Shown here: piece after piece, positions 50,748-60,822 of the stretch | Layout of the letters: the number at the start of each line of letters is the position of its first letter | Position numbering within the stretch: the stretch's first letter is position 1 | Source: Planctomycetota bacterium | Lineage (GTDB): Bacteria; Planctomycetota; UBA1135; UBA2386 | Reading direction: 5' to 3' | DNA: 64,000 bases | Assembly: GCA_965223545.1 (NCBI GenBank) | Contig: OZ245006.1 | Location: 1,344,001 to 1,408,000, forward strand | Position numbers and translations under genes: made by a program | The notes under the pieces: model-generated | What the model was told of the DNA's origin: nothing | The model's input: only the letters and a program-made list of their open reading frames with translations | Databases searched by the model: none

Positions 50748-53628
50748 TGCGCGCGCCGTTGGAGGCGATGAAGCCCAGCGGGTTGGCAGCGTTGGCAATC
50801 CCCCACTGCACGAACAACGCGCCGCCCACCAACGACGGATTGTTCGGCACCGGAGACGGCAGACTGGCCTTGCCGTTCGCGTCGGTGAGCGCCGCCAACG
50901 TCGCCAGCGGCAAGGTCGTCGCCACGCAACCCGGCGCGCCCAAGACGGCCAGCGGCAAGTTGGCGTGGGTGCCACCGACCATCCAAAACGCCGGCGCAAC
51001 CGGCGGTGCCGTGCGCAACGTCGTGTCGAACACCTGACCGATGGCGGGAGTTCCGGTGGTACCGATCCGCGGCAGGGAGCCGGCCACCGAAGCACACGCC
51101 GGACCGAGCAGATGCACCATCCCGGTGTCGGCTCCGCGCTGCGTCAAGTACACGTGCGCGAGCCCTTCCTGGGTCGCAAACGGCTCGAAGTCACTCGACA
51201 CCAGCACGTCGGACAAGCCGTCACCGTTCAGGTCACCCAGGCCCACGCAGCCGCGCCGCTGCTCCTGCGCGGCTGACCCGTCGAAGGTCTGCAGCACGCG
51301 GCCGTCGTAGCCGGAAAACAGGGTGACGCGGCCGGCGAGGAAAACTCCACTGGCGAAGTACTGCGGGGAGCCGACCATGAAGTCGTCGAAGCCGTCGCCG
51401 TTCACATCGCCGGCTCCGGCGACCCGGTTGCCGAACAGCTCACTCGCTTGGCTGCCGGCGAGCTCGTACAGCAGGCCACCCGTCGCACCCGAGAACACCC
51501 GGACCATTCCAGCATCGACCAAACCGAGCGGGTCGGCCTGGTAGGCACCGACGATGATGTCGTTGGTCCCATCGCCGTTGACGTCACCGGCCACCGCGAG
51601 CGATTCGCCGAACAGGTCGTCGCTCAGTGTCGGCAGAGACCAGGTGTAGATCGGGGTCCAGGTCGTCGTGTCGTAGACCTCGACCTTGCCGCTGTTGCTC
51701 GGCACCGCCCCGGACGGCGAGCCGATCGCCAGCTCGGAGATGCCATCTCCATTGAGATCACCGGTAGCGACGGCCGACCAACCGAACCACTGGAACGGCA
51801 CCGTGCCGCCGAGGGTGCGCAGCTCGGTCAGCGTCGCGCCCGAGTACACCCGCAGCGCGCCGGCCTCGCCGTTGACGATGCCCAAACCGATGAAGAAATC
51901 GGGGACGGAGTCGCCGTTGATGTCGCCGAGGCCACCGACCGAGCTCCCCATGTGGGCACGGAACTGGTTGGAAGTGAACACACCCAGGCTCTGCGCGTCC
52001 GCGCCCGAGAACAGCTCGGCCCGCCCGCTGTCCTGCACGCCCGACTCGTCCCAGTGCCACGACCCGATCAGGAGGTCGCCGACGCCATCGCCGGTGATGT
52101 CACCGATGTCGGCGATCCGATTGCCGAACCAAGTGTCGGCCTGTGCCGGTCCGCGGATGGTGTGGATCACCGTCTGCGTGGCACCCGAGTAGACCCGCAC
52201 GGTGCCCTGCTTGCCCGGGTCCTCGAACGGTGCGCCGATGGCGTAGTCCTTGACTCCATCGCCATCCAGATCGGAGAGCGACGCCAGGCCCAGGCCGAAG
52301 CGCGCCCCCGCCACGCTGGAGGTGAACGGCAAGCCCGCGGCCACTCCGTCCGCCGGCCGCTCGCGATAGACCGAGGCGGCGCCCGCGTCGGCGGCGGCGA
52401 CATCATCGCCGGGCGCACCGAACAACACGTCGGCGTAGCCGTCCAGGTCGCTGTCGCCGCCACTGGCGACCGCTGTCCCGGCGGCGTCGCCCGCCGCGGC
52501 ACCGAGGTCGACGCGCAGTGCAGCACCATCCGTGCCGCGCAGCGTCAGCACGGCACCGGCATCCACACCGGCGACGTCGTCGCCGGGTACGCCGACGACG
52601 ACGTCGGGTTCCGCATCCGCATCGTGTTTGCCGCCGGCAGAGACCGCGGTGCCAAGGGCGTCGCCAGCGGCGCGCCCCTCGCGAGTCCACAGCACGGTAC
52701 CGGTGGCGCCGGAGATAGCGACCACCGAGCCGGCGTCGAGCGCCTTCGTGTCGTCACCGGGGGCACCGACAACGCCGTCGGAAACGCCATCGCCATCCAG
52801 GTCACCCGCGCCAGCGACTGCCGTGCCGAGAGCGTCGCCACCCGCGAGCCCGTCGAACGACTGCAGCACCGCTCCCGTGGCCACCGACAGTGCGATCGCG
52901 CGGCCGGCGTCCACCGCTCCATTGTCAGCACCGGGAGCACCGACCCAGACATCGTCGAAGCAGTCGCCGTCGAGATCGCCCGCACCGGACACGCTCGCGC
53001 CGAACGCATCGCCATCCGCGGAGCCCAACAGCGTTCGCAGCACGGTGCCATCCGCTCCGGAGTAGACGCGCACTGCACCGCCGTCCGTCGCCGCCAGGTC
53101 CGACCCCGGTGCGCCGGCCGCGCAGTCGTCGTAGCCATCACCGTTGGCATCGCCGACGCCCGCCACGGCGGAACCCATTCCATCGCCGGCAGCGTCACCG
53201 TCGACGTGTTGCAGCACGGCACCCGTCGCGCCCGAATACACCGTGAAGCTCCCCGCAGCCGCGCCGGCAGTGGAGTCGCCGGGCGCGCCCACGATCACGT
53301 CCGGGGTGCCGTCGCCATCGACGTCACCGGCGGCCGCCACCGCGGCACCGTGGAGGTCACCGGCAGCAGCGCCGAGCGTCGTGCGCAACACGGACCCGGT
53401 CGCGCCGGAGTGCCAGCGCACCGCACCGGCGTCGACACCGTTGGTCGCCTCGAGTGGCGCACCGACCACGAAGTCGTCGGCAAAGTCCCCGTCGAGGTCA
53501 CCGACGAAGGCGACGGCGGAACCCGCGGCCTCGCCGCCGGCAACACCGCGGACGACGAGGGGGGACTGCGCGAGAACGGGGACGGAGAGACAGACGAAGA
53601 TGGAAAGGCAGGCGTGGGGGCGGCCCAT
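50728..53628 (-). CDS. Secreted FG-GAP/integrin-alpha repeat protein with shared C-terminal domain
   Basis: About 14 repeats of G.AVA..GD.DGDG..D..VGAP; C-terminal GPAC...GAPGC...LFVQW...SNG. Confidence 0.92.
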   Translation of the reverse strand: MGRPHACLSIFVCLSVPVLAQSPLVVRGVAGGEAAGSAVAFVGDLDGDFADDFVVGAPLEATNGVDAGAVRWHSGATGSVLRTTLGAAAGDLHGAAVAAAGDVDGDGTPDVIVGAPGDSTAGAAAGSFTVYSGATGAVLQHVDGDAAGDGMGSAVAGVGDANGDGYDDCAAGAPGSDLAATDGGAVRVYSGADGTVLRTLLGSADGDAFGASVSGAGDLDGDCFDDVWVGAPGADNGAVDAGRAIALSVATGAVLQSFDGLAGGDALGTAVAGAGDLDGDGVSDGVVGAPGDDTKALDAGSVVAISGATGTVLWTREGRAAGDALGTAVSAGGKHDADAEPDVVVGVPGDDVAGVDAGAVLTLRGTDGAALRVDLGAAAGDAAGTAVASGGDSDLDGYADVLFGAPGDDVAAADAGAASVYRERPADGVAAGLPFTSSVAGARFGLGLASLSDLDGDGVKDYAIGAPFEDPGKQGTVRVYSGATQTVIHTIRGPAQADTWFGNRIADIGDITGDGVGDLLIGSWHWDESGVQDSGRAELFSGADAQSLGVFTSNQFRAHMGSSVGGLGDINGDSVPDFFIGLGIVNGEAGALRVYSGATLTELRTLGGTVPFQWFGWSAVATGDLNGDGISELAIGSPSGAVPSNSGKVEVYDTTTWTPIYTWSLPTLSDDLFGESLAVAGDVNGDGTNDIIVGAYQADPLGLVDAGMVRVFSGATGGLLYELAGSQASELFGNRVAGAGDVNGDGFDDFMVGSPQYFASGVFLAGRVTLFSGYDGRVLQTFDGSAAQEQRRGCVGLGDLNGDGLSDVLVSSDFEPFATQEGLAHVYLTQRGADTGMVHLLGPACASVAGSLPRIGTTGTPAIGQVFDTTLRTAPPVAPAFWMVGGTHANLPLAVLGAPGCVATTLPLATLAALTDANGKASLPSPVPNNPSLVGGALFVQWGIANAANPLGFIASNGARITIGAQ

Positions 53629-54090
53629 TCAGGGTCTCCAAGACGTGATGTGGCTCTGGCAGGGGTGTCGGTGTGCTTCGCGAACGACTCACCGACTGCC
53701 TGGGAATCATAGATGCCCGCCGCGGTCGAGGGGATCCCTCCGGTGTGGTCTCGAGCGCGGACCGCCCCCCGGCACCACCGCGAACGACGGCGGTTCTCCC
53801 CATCCCATCGCCACCTGCGCACGCCGGCGCAGCAGGCACCCCCGGGAAGCCCCCACATCCGAGGCGGGAACCGACCGCGGCGACGGTGGCAGTCGGCCCC
53901 GTTGTCGAGTTGCCGAACCGGCCGTACAATTGGAGTTTCGCGGCCAGTGCACTCAGGGGCGAGCCGCCCCACGATGCGGCCGCCCCCACACACCAACTCA
54001 GGCCGGGATGCCCTTGCGCGCAATTCGTCGCCGCGCGGCGGTCGCGTACGGGCCACAATTATGCACCGGGCCACAACCCCTCTTCGGGTC

Positions 54091-55212
54091 ATGAATCACC
54101 ATCTACGCCTCGCTCTCGCGACCGGATCGGCCATGCTCGCCGGCGGCTACCTCGCCGGTCATGGCAACTACGTCAAGGCCGTGTTCAACGTCCACGAGTC
54201 GCCCGGAGCAACGGCGCCGCGCTGGATCTCGCCGATGTCCAACGGCTCGACCCGCGGCTCCGAGACCACGCAGCAGACGACTCTCTACATGATGGACCCG
54301 CCGCTAAACCACACCGGTGAGCTCGACGCGCAGGGCTGGCGCATCGTCGCCCAGGACGAGGAGGGCTCGACCCTCGATGGCCAGTTCGAGATGCGCTACG
54401 TCAAGTACGCCAGCAACGGGATCGATCCCGACCCCACCGGGGTGCTGCACTCCTACCAGTTCTGGTTCTTCTTCGGCGGCGCGGCGGGCCAGCAGGCGAT
54501 GGAGTTCGAGATCACCTTCGGTGTGCCACTCACGATCAGAGAACCCACGCACGGCATCGCCGTGGTCCTGCCGGCCGCGCCGTCCTGGCCGAGCGACGGC
54601 ATCTCCGTGCATGGCCAGTTCAACATCCCCAACGACCCGCTGCGCCCGCGCGTGCCCGCGCCCTACGACCAGCAAGTGTGGGCGTTCGACGCACCACCGC
54701 CCTTCGGCACGCCGGTGCCCCTCGGCGGGCGCACTCTCGACACGCTGCAGTTCGGCACGTTGTGGGCGATCGATCCGGTGCTGCAAACCTACGTGCAGTC
54801 GAATGCGTATGGAACCACGCAGGATCTGTTCGGTCCCGAGAGCTTGCACCCCGATACCAGCCGCGGCGACAAGCTCGGCTTCTTCGTGCAGGCCAGCAAC
54901 GACGGCGTCAACGGCAACGCCTACGTTTTCGCTTCGCCTGGACTGCTGCCGACGCCCTTCAAGTTCGCTCCGGCGTCCGGCAACAACCCGTTCGTCCTGC
55001 TGGCGGTCGCCCCGCCGTTCCCGATCCTGCTGAACGCGGGCGCAATCAACCCGGCCAACAGCCAACTCAAGCTACCGCCGATCGACTTCAACCTGTTCCC
55101 GCCGTGCTGCCGCAACTTCTGGTTCCAGGCGCTGCTGCACTTTCCGTCGCCGGTCCCCTCCATTCCCGATCTGGTACAGCTGACCGACGCAACGGGCGTG
55201 CAGGGACTGTAG
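54091..55212 (+). CDS. Hypothetical secreted protein, tandem paralog A
   Basis: Signal-like N-terminus; closely similar to the downstream paralog. Confidence 0.85.
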   Translation: MNHHLRLALATGSAMLAGGYLAGHGNYVKAVFNVHESPGATAPRWISPMSNGSTRGSETTQQTTLYMMDPPLNHTGELDAQGWRIVAQDEEGSTLDGQFEMRYVKYASNGIDPDPTGVLHSYQFWFFFGGAAGQQAMEFEITFGVPLTIREPTHGIAVVLPAAPSWPSDGISVHGQFNIPNDPLRPRVPAPYDQQVWAFDAPPPFGTPVPLGGRTLDTLQFGTLWAIDPVLQTYVQSNAYGTTQDLFGPESLHPDTSRGDKLGFFVQASNDGVNGNAYVFASPGLLPTPFKFAPASGNNPFVLLAVAPPFPILLNAGAINPANSQLKLPPIDFNLFPPCCRNFWFQALLHFPSPVPSIPDLVQLTDATGVQGL

Positions 55213-55220
55213 GGGGTCGA

Positions 55221-56366
55221 GTGACGGCCAGGGTCCCCGCGCAACCCCGATTCCAACACCTGCGCCTCGCCCTCGCGACCGGCGCGGCCATGCTTGCCGG
55301 CGGCTACCTCGCGGGCCACGCCACCTACACCAAGCCGCTGTTCAACCTCTCTCCATCCCCCGGATTCGCCGCTCCGCGGTGGACCAGCGCGATGGTCAAT
55401 GGCACGACGCGCGGCTCCGCGACCGTGCAGCAGACGACGCTGTACATGATGGATCCGCCGCTCAATCACACCGGCATGCTGACCGCGCAGGGCTGGCGCA
55501 TCGTGGTGCAGGACGAGGATGCCTCGACCCTGGATGGCCGCTTCACGATGCACTACGTCAAGTACGCCAGTAACGGCGTGGATCCCGACCCCAGCGGAGT
55601 GCTGCACTCCTTCATGTTCTGGTTCTTCTTCGGTGGCGCGACAGGCCAGCAGGCGATGGAGTTCATCATCATCACCCTGGCACGGCAGCTGAGGGAGCCC
55701 AACCACGGCATCGCAGTGGAGCTGCGCGCCGCACCGTCGTGGCCCAACGATGGAATCTCGGTGCACGGGCAGTTCAATCTGCCCAACGATCCACTGCGCC
55801 CGCGAGTGCCAGCGCCGTACAATCAGCAGGTGTGGGCTTTCGACGCACCGCCGTCGAGCAGTACACCGGTGCCACTCGGCGGACGCGTGCTCGACACTCT
55901 GCTGTTTGCCACGGTTTGGACTGTTGATCCGGTCTTGCAGACCTACGTGCAGTCGGCCGCCTACGGGACGACGATGGACCTGTTCGGCCCTGAGAGCATG
56001 CACCCGGACGCCAACCGGGGTGACAAACTCGGCTTCTTCGTGCAGTCCACCAACAACGGGCTGAACGGCAATGCCTACGTCTTCGCGGCACCGAGGCTCT
56101 CGCCCACGCCCTTGCGGCTCTCCTCGGCGTCGGGCAGCAACCCGTTCGTCCTGCTCGACGTCGCCCCTCCGTTTCCGGTGTGCCTGAGCGCGGGGCCGAT
56201 CAACCCGGCCAACGGCCAGCTCAAGCTACCGGCGATCGACTTCAACCTGTTCCCGCCGTGCTGCCGCAACTTCTGGTTCCAGGCACTGCTGCACTTCCAA
56301 TCACCGTTCCCCTCCTTCCCCGATCCGGTGGAGCTGACGGACGCCACCGGCGTGCGGGGACTGTAG
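55221..56366 (+). CDS. Hypothetical secreted protein, tandem paralog B
   Basis: GTG start; shares long identical blocks with A (QQTTLYMMDPPLNHTG, IDFNLFPPCCRNFWFQALLHF). Confidence 0.85.
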   Translation: MTARVPAQPRFQHLRLALATGAAMLAGGYLAGHATYTKPLFNLSPSPGFAAPRWTSAMVNGTTRGSATVQQTTLYMMDPPLNHTGMLTAQGWRIVVQDEDASTLDGRFTMHYVKYASNGVDPDPSGVLHSFMFWFFFGGATGQQAMEFIIITLARQLREPNHGIAVELRAAPSWPNDGISVHGQFNLPNDPLRPRVPAPYNQQVWAFDAPPSSSTPVPLGGRVLDTLLFATVWTVDPVLQTYVQSAAYGTTMDLFGPESMHPDANRGDKLGFFVQSTNNGLNGNAYVFAAPRLSPTPLRLSSASGSNPFVLLDVAPPFPVCLSAGPINPANGQLKLPAIDFNLFPPCCRNFWFQALLHFQSPFPSFPDPVELTDATGVRGL

Positions 56367-56876
56367 TCAGTCGCGCACCGGCAACGCGCGCGTCGGCCGA
56401 CCGACCACCCACCCCGGCTCCATCGTCACCGCGCCGGTCTGTCCGTCGCGATGCTCCATCATCTGCACGCTCGACACCTGGCCATCGGCGTGGATGAACC
56501 ACTCGATCCCGCTGGTCGGTTCGCGATGGACGCGGATCACCGGCGCGTAACCGTCGCCGATCAAACCGGGAAACGGCGGTGGATTGCGCACCCCGTTCGG
56601 CGCCGGTAGCCAGGTGCCGTCGGGGAACTGCACCGCCCCCGAGGGCGGCACCCCGAGGTTGCCGATCGCGCCGGAGCGGACCTCGGGCGGAGGACCCTGG
56701 AGGACCCCACTGTCGCGCAGCACCGCGTCGACCTGGCTCTCCGGCAACTGCTCGACCCGCGCGCCGGCGGGCGGCGCCTGCGCTTCAGCTCCCCGCCATG
56801 CCCCGACCGCAAAATACGTCAGCGCGCCGGCGGCCAGCGCGATCAATACCACCCGTGGCGTCGACAGCTCAGCCAT
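56367..56876 (-). CDS. Hypothetical protein with N-terminal anchor
   Basis: Hydrophobic N-terminus; fills the gap between convergent and divergent neighbours. Confidence 0.65.
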   Translation of the reverse strand: MAELSTPRVVLIALAAGALTYFAVGAWRGAEAQAPPAGARVEQLPESQVDAVLRDSGVLQGPPPEVRSGAIGNLGVPPSGAVQFPDGTWLPAPNGVRNPPPFPGLIGDGYAPVIRVHREPTSGIEWFIHADGQVSSVQMMEHRDGQTGAVTMEPGWVVGRPTRALPVRD

Positions 56877-57041
56877 CCACAAGTTATACCACGCGCGACC
56901 CTCCGCCCCGCTCGCCGAACGCCCTCAACTCCATCTGCAAAACGCGTTTACGACAAGCCACCGGACCGCGCTTGCCGACGAAGCATGGTAGCCTGGACGG
57001 GCTGCCCGCCGGCGCACTGCTTTCTGCAACGGACCTCCCGC

Positions 57042-57920
57042 ATGGCACCACGCTCGAGTTGGAAGGGCTTCCTCAAGCTCAGTCTCGTCTCGGTTCCGGT
57101 GAAGGCCTACACCGCGAACGCCACCACCGCCGAGATTCGCCTCAACCAGCTGCACGCGGACTGCAACAACCGCATCCGCTACAAGAAGACCTGCCCCGAG
57201 CACGGCGAGGTCGACAACGACGCCATCGTCAGCGGCTATGAGCTCGGCAAGGGACAGTACGTCGTCATCGACGTCGAAGAGATCCAGAAGCTGCGCACCG
57301 AGTCGGACAAGTCCGTCAACATCAAGGGCTTCATTGCGCCGGACGCGCTCGACCCGCGCTACCACGCCGGCCGCACCTACTACCTGCTGCCCGATGGCGC
57401 GGTCGGCCAGAAGCCGTACGCACTACTGCGGCAGTCGATGGTGGACAACGGCGTGCACGCGCTCGCCCAGGTCGTGATCGCCGGCCGTGAGCAGCTCGTG
57501 CTGCTGCGGCCGATGGACGAGCTGCTGGCGATGACCGTGCTCAGCCACGAGGCCAAGGTGAAGGCGCCGGGATCGTTCTACGACGAGCTGAATCAACAAG
57601 AGCTGGGTTCCGACGAGCTGGCGCTGACCAAGACGCTGATCGACGCATCGCGCCTGGCAGACTTCGACTACGCCGCCTACAAGGACGAGTACGTCGAGAA
57701 GCTCACGCAGCTGATCCAGGCCAAGGTCGACGGCCAGGAGCTCGTCGCGGTGCCCGACCACGAGGAGCCGAAGATCCTCAATTTGATGGAGGCGCTCAAG
57801 CAGAGCGTCGCCGCAGCACAAGCCAGCGCGCCGGCCGAGCCCGCCACCAGCAAGGGCAAGAAGAAGATGGCGCCGAGCAAGGCGCGCAAACGCGCGGCCA
57901 AGAGCAAGAAGACCGGCTGA
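57042..57920 (+). CDS. ku: Ku protein (NHEJ end binding)
   Basis: RSSWKG.L.LSLVSVPVK.Y, RIRY, GYE..KGQYV, YKDEY, NLMEALKQS, Lys-rich tail. Confidence 0.97.
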   Translation: MAPRSSWKGFLKLSLVSVPVKAYTANATTAEIRLNQLHADCNNRIRYKKTCPEHGEVDNDAIVSGYELGKGQYVVIDVEEIQKLRTESDKSVNIKGFIAPDALDPRYHAGRTYYLLPDGAVGQKPYALLRQSMVDNGVHALAQVVIAGREQLVLLRPMDELLAMTVLSHEAKVKAPGSFYDELNQQELGSDELALTKTLIDASRLADFDYAAYKDEYVEKLTQLIQAKVDGQELVAVPDHEEPKILNLMEALKQSVAAAQASAPAEPATSKGKKKMAPSKARKRAAKSKKTG

Positions 57921-57940
57921 AGCAACGCGCGCCAAAGCCC

Positions 57941-58867
57941 ATGCCGCCCTCCGCGCAGGCTCCCGAACCCGCGCTGCCCGAGTTCATTCCGCCGATGCTG
58001 GCCGGCGTCGCCGAGCCGTTCGATGCCGACACCCACCTGTTCGAGGTCAAGTGGGACGGCATGCGCACGCTGGCCTACCGCGACCGCGGCGGGGTGCGGC
58101 TGGTGAACCGTCACCACCACGACGTCACCGGCCACTTCCCCGAACTCACCGACCTGCAGGCGCTGCCGGTCGGCGTCGTGCTCGACGGCGAGCTGGTGGT
58201 GACGATCGACGGCCGCCCCGACTTCCAGCGGGTCATGGGCCGCCGGCACGCGCGGTCGGCGGCGACCGTGCGCCGCCTCGCCGCCGAGCAGCCGGCGACG
58301 TTCGTCGCCTTCGATCTGCTCTACGCCGAGTTCTGCTGCGTGCAGGACGAGCCGCTCGAGGGGCGCCGCGACCGCCTGGCCGCGGCGCTGAAGGATCGGG
58401 TCACGCCGCACTTGGCCCTGTCCGAGGGCATCGTCGGCCAGGGCCGCATGCTGTTCGAGCACGCCTGCGCGCAGCAGCTGGAGGGCGTCGTCGCCAAGAA
58501 GCTGGGTAGCCCCTACCTGCCGGGACGACGCTCGGAAGCCTGGCTCAAGATCAAGCGGCAACAGACCGCACTGTGCGCGATCCTCGGCTTCCTGCCGGAC
58601 GGTGAACGGGACTTCAAGAGCCTCGCGGTCGCCATCGAGGACGGCGGCGCCCTTCGCTACGTCGGCCAAGTCGGCTCGGGCTTCGACGCCAAACAGCGCG
58701 ACGCGCTCAACGCCGCCCTGCGCGCCCGCGTGGTCGACGCGCCACTGGTGCCCTGCCCCATCACCGCGACCTGGGTCGAATCCGGCCTGTACTGCCGCGT
58801 CACCTACCTCGAGATGACCTCGCACGGGCACCTCCGAGCCCCGGTGTTCGCCGGCATGATCGACTGA
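57941..58867 (+). CDS. Stand-alone ATP-dependent DNA ligase (LigD ligase/LigC-like)
   Basis: Complete motifs EVKWDG, LDGEL, AFDLL, EGVVAK, WLKIK, OB-fold VGQVGSGF, LRAPVF. Confidence 0.95.
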   Translation: MPPSAQAPEPALPEFIPPMLAGVAEPFDADTHLFEVKWDGMRTLAYRDRGGVRLVNRHHHDVTGHFPELTDLQALPVGVVLDGELVVTIDGRPDFQRVMGRRHARSAATVRRLAAEQPATFVAFDLLYAEFCCVQDEPLEGRRDRLAAALKDRVTPHLALSEGIVGQGRMLFEHACAQQLEGVVAKKLGSPYLPGRRSEAWLKIKRQQTALCAILGFLPDGERDFKSLAVAIEDGGALRYVGQVGSGFDAKQRDALNAALRARVVDAPLVPCPITATWVESGLYCRVTYLEMTSHGHLRAPVFAGMID

Positions 58868-58888
58868 CGCCCCCGAGGCGAGCCGAAC

Positions 58889-59494
58889 CTACGCGTCTTC
58901 GCGGCCGACGCCGTCGTACGCCATGACGCGCTCCTCCCAGTCGCGCAACGCCTCGGCAGCTGCCGGCAACTCGAACAAGGCGGCGTTGCGCACGCGCCGC
59001 ATCACCGGCGCCGCGGTCACATCGGCACCGGTCATCGCCTCGCCCACCAGCCATTGCCGACCGCGCAGCGCGGCCGCCAGACGCTCGACCGCCGCGTCGA
59101 ACGCGCGCTGGCTGCGGGCGACGACGGCCTCATCGACGTGGCCCGCGGTGCGCCGGGTATGCACCACATCCATCATCGGGCGGGCCAGCTCGGCGCGCGC
59201 GAACAGCTCCCAGTCCTCCACCTGCCACGCCTCCGCCACCGTGCCGGCGAACAGCGGCGGAGTCGCGCGGAAGTTCGCATCCAGATAGCGCAGGATCGCC
59301 GCCGAGTCGAACAACACGACCTCGCCGTGGACCAGCACCGGCGTCAGGCTCTGGCCGGAGATCCGCTGCAACTCGGCGCGTTGGTCCAAATCGACCTCGA
59401 CGAAACGGTAATGGATGCCCTTGTAGCCCAGCGCGACCCGCACCTTCATGTTGTTGGACGTGTCGAACCCATAGAGTGTGATCGAGGCCGCCAT
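58889..59494 (-). CDS. Glutathione S-transferase family protein
   Basis: SNNMKVRVAL..KG, TPVL...DSAAILRYL, WLVG..MT.AD. Confidence 0.88.
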   Translation of the reverse strand: MAASITLYGFDTSNNMKVRVALGYKGIHYRFVEVDLDQRAELQRISGQSLTPVLVHGEVVLFDSAAILRYLDANFRATPPLFAGTVAEAWQVEDWELFARAELARPMMDVVHTRRTAGHVDEAVVARSQRAFDAAVERLAAALRGRQWLVGEAMTGADVTAAPVMRRVRNAALFELPAAAEALRDWEERVMAYDGVGREDA

Positions 59495-59585
59495 CCTTCG
59501 CAGGCTACCACCGCGCGCCGGCGAGCGCCCGCTCTCGCGTTGCCGCGGCGGCACCGCCTATGCTCGTGTCGTTCTCAGAAGCGCG

Positions 59586-60821
59586 ATGAGCTCCGAACCG
59601 CCACCCCCACCACCGCCCTCCGGCCAGCCCGACGACGCCCCCGCGACAACCGGCCGCTCGCGCAGCGCGCTCGGCGGTCTCGAGGTCGTGGTCACCGGCC
59701 GGCTGCAGAGCATGACCAAGGAAGAGGCGCTCGCCGCGCTGCGCAAGGCCGGCGCGCGATGCCGCGACCTGCCGACGGAGACCACCGCGCTCCTGGTGTT
59801 GGGCGATGGCGGGTGCCCGCTGCGCGCCGACGGCCGCCCCACGCGCGCACTGCAACGCGCCGAGCAGCTGCGCGCCAATGGCGCCCAGCTACGCACGATC
59901 GACGAAGCCGAGCTGCTGGCCCAGCTCGACCCGGAACACGCCGCGCGCCTGGCCCCACTGCACACGACAGCGCGCCTGGCGCGCATGCTCGACGTCCCGG
60001 GGGCGCGCGTGCGCGAGTGGACCAGGGCCGGCCTGCTGCGGGCGACGCACTCGATCCGCAAGCTGCACTACTTCGACTTTCGCGAGGTCGCCCGCGCCCG
60101 CCAGCTCCTCGAGCTGACCAGCGCCGGAGTCACCGTGGCCCGCATCAAGAAGAGCCTGCGCCAGCTGCGCACCTGGCTGCCCGGCGCCGATCGATCGCTG
60201 CATCAGCTGGAGGCCCTGTCCCGTCGCTCGGTCGTGGTGCGGCTCGCCGACGGCCGCGCGGTCGAGCCGAGCGGACAGCTGCGGCTCGAGTTCGCCCAAC
60301 CGCCCGCACCGGCGCCATCGGCTGCGGCGCGGCCGCTGCCGCAGGTGTCGCCCGCCGACGCCGACGGCTGGTGCGCGGTGGCCGAGCGCGCCGAGGCCGA
60401 CCAGCGGTTCGAAGATGCCGCCGAGGCCTACCACCAGGCATTGATGGCGGCCGGCCCCGACGCCGAGCTCGCCTTCAATCTTGGCAATGTGCTGCACGCG
60501 CTCGACCGCACCGGCGAAGCCCTGCAGCGCTACTTGCAAGCCGTCGAGCTGGAGCCGGCCTACGCGGAGGCGTGGAACAACGCCGGCAACGCGATGGCCG
60601 AGCTGGCGCGCCACGAACGCGCGACGCAGGCCTACCAGCGCGCTCTACAGCACGCTCCCGACTACGCCGACGTGCACTACAACCTTGCGGAGTCGCTGCT
60701 CGCGCTGGGCGACACCACCGGCGCCTGCACTCACTGGCGCCAGTACCTGCACGGCGAACAAGACGGTCCCTGGGCCACCCACGCCCGACAACAGCTCGCC
60801 CGACACGAGCCTGCCGATTGA
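59586..60821 (+). CDS. BRCT + MerR-type HTH + TPR protein
   Basis: BRCT: VVVTGRL.SMTK.EA...L...GA...IDEAELL; MerR: LARMLDV...VREW..AGL; TPR: FNLGNVL, AWNNAG, HYNLA. Confidence 0.85.
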   Translation: MSSEPPPPPPPSGQPDDAPATTGRSRSALGGLEVVVTGRLQSMTKEEALAALRKAGARCRDLPTETTALLVLGDGGCPLRADGRPTRALQRAEQLRANGAQLRTIDEAELLAQLDPEHAARLAPLHTTARLARMLDVPGARVREWTRAGLLRATHSIRKLHYFDFREVARARQLLELTSAGVTVARIKKSLRQLRTWLPGADRSLHQLEALSRRSVVVRLADGRAVEPSGQLRLEFAQPPAPAPSAAARPLPQVSPADADGWCAVAERAEADQRFEDAAEAYHQALMAAGPDAELAFNLGNVLHALDRTGEALQRYLQAVELEPAYAEAWNNAGNAMAELARHERATQAYQRALQHAPDYADVHYNLAESLLALGDTTGACTHWRQYLHGEQDGPWATHARQQLARHEPAD

Positions 60822-60822
60822 A

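Noticed and set aside
53629..54090. 460-bp intergenic region as an ncRNA or riboswitch
   Set aside because: No motif or convincing structure recognised; probably a divergent promoter region
54091..56366. Paralog pair as DGR template and variable repeats
   Set aside because: Whole genes are duplicated, differences involve all bases rather than adenines only, and there is no DGR-type RT
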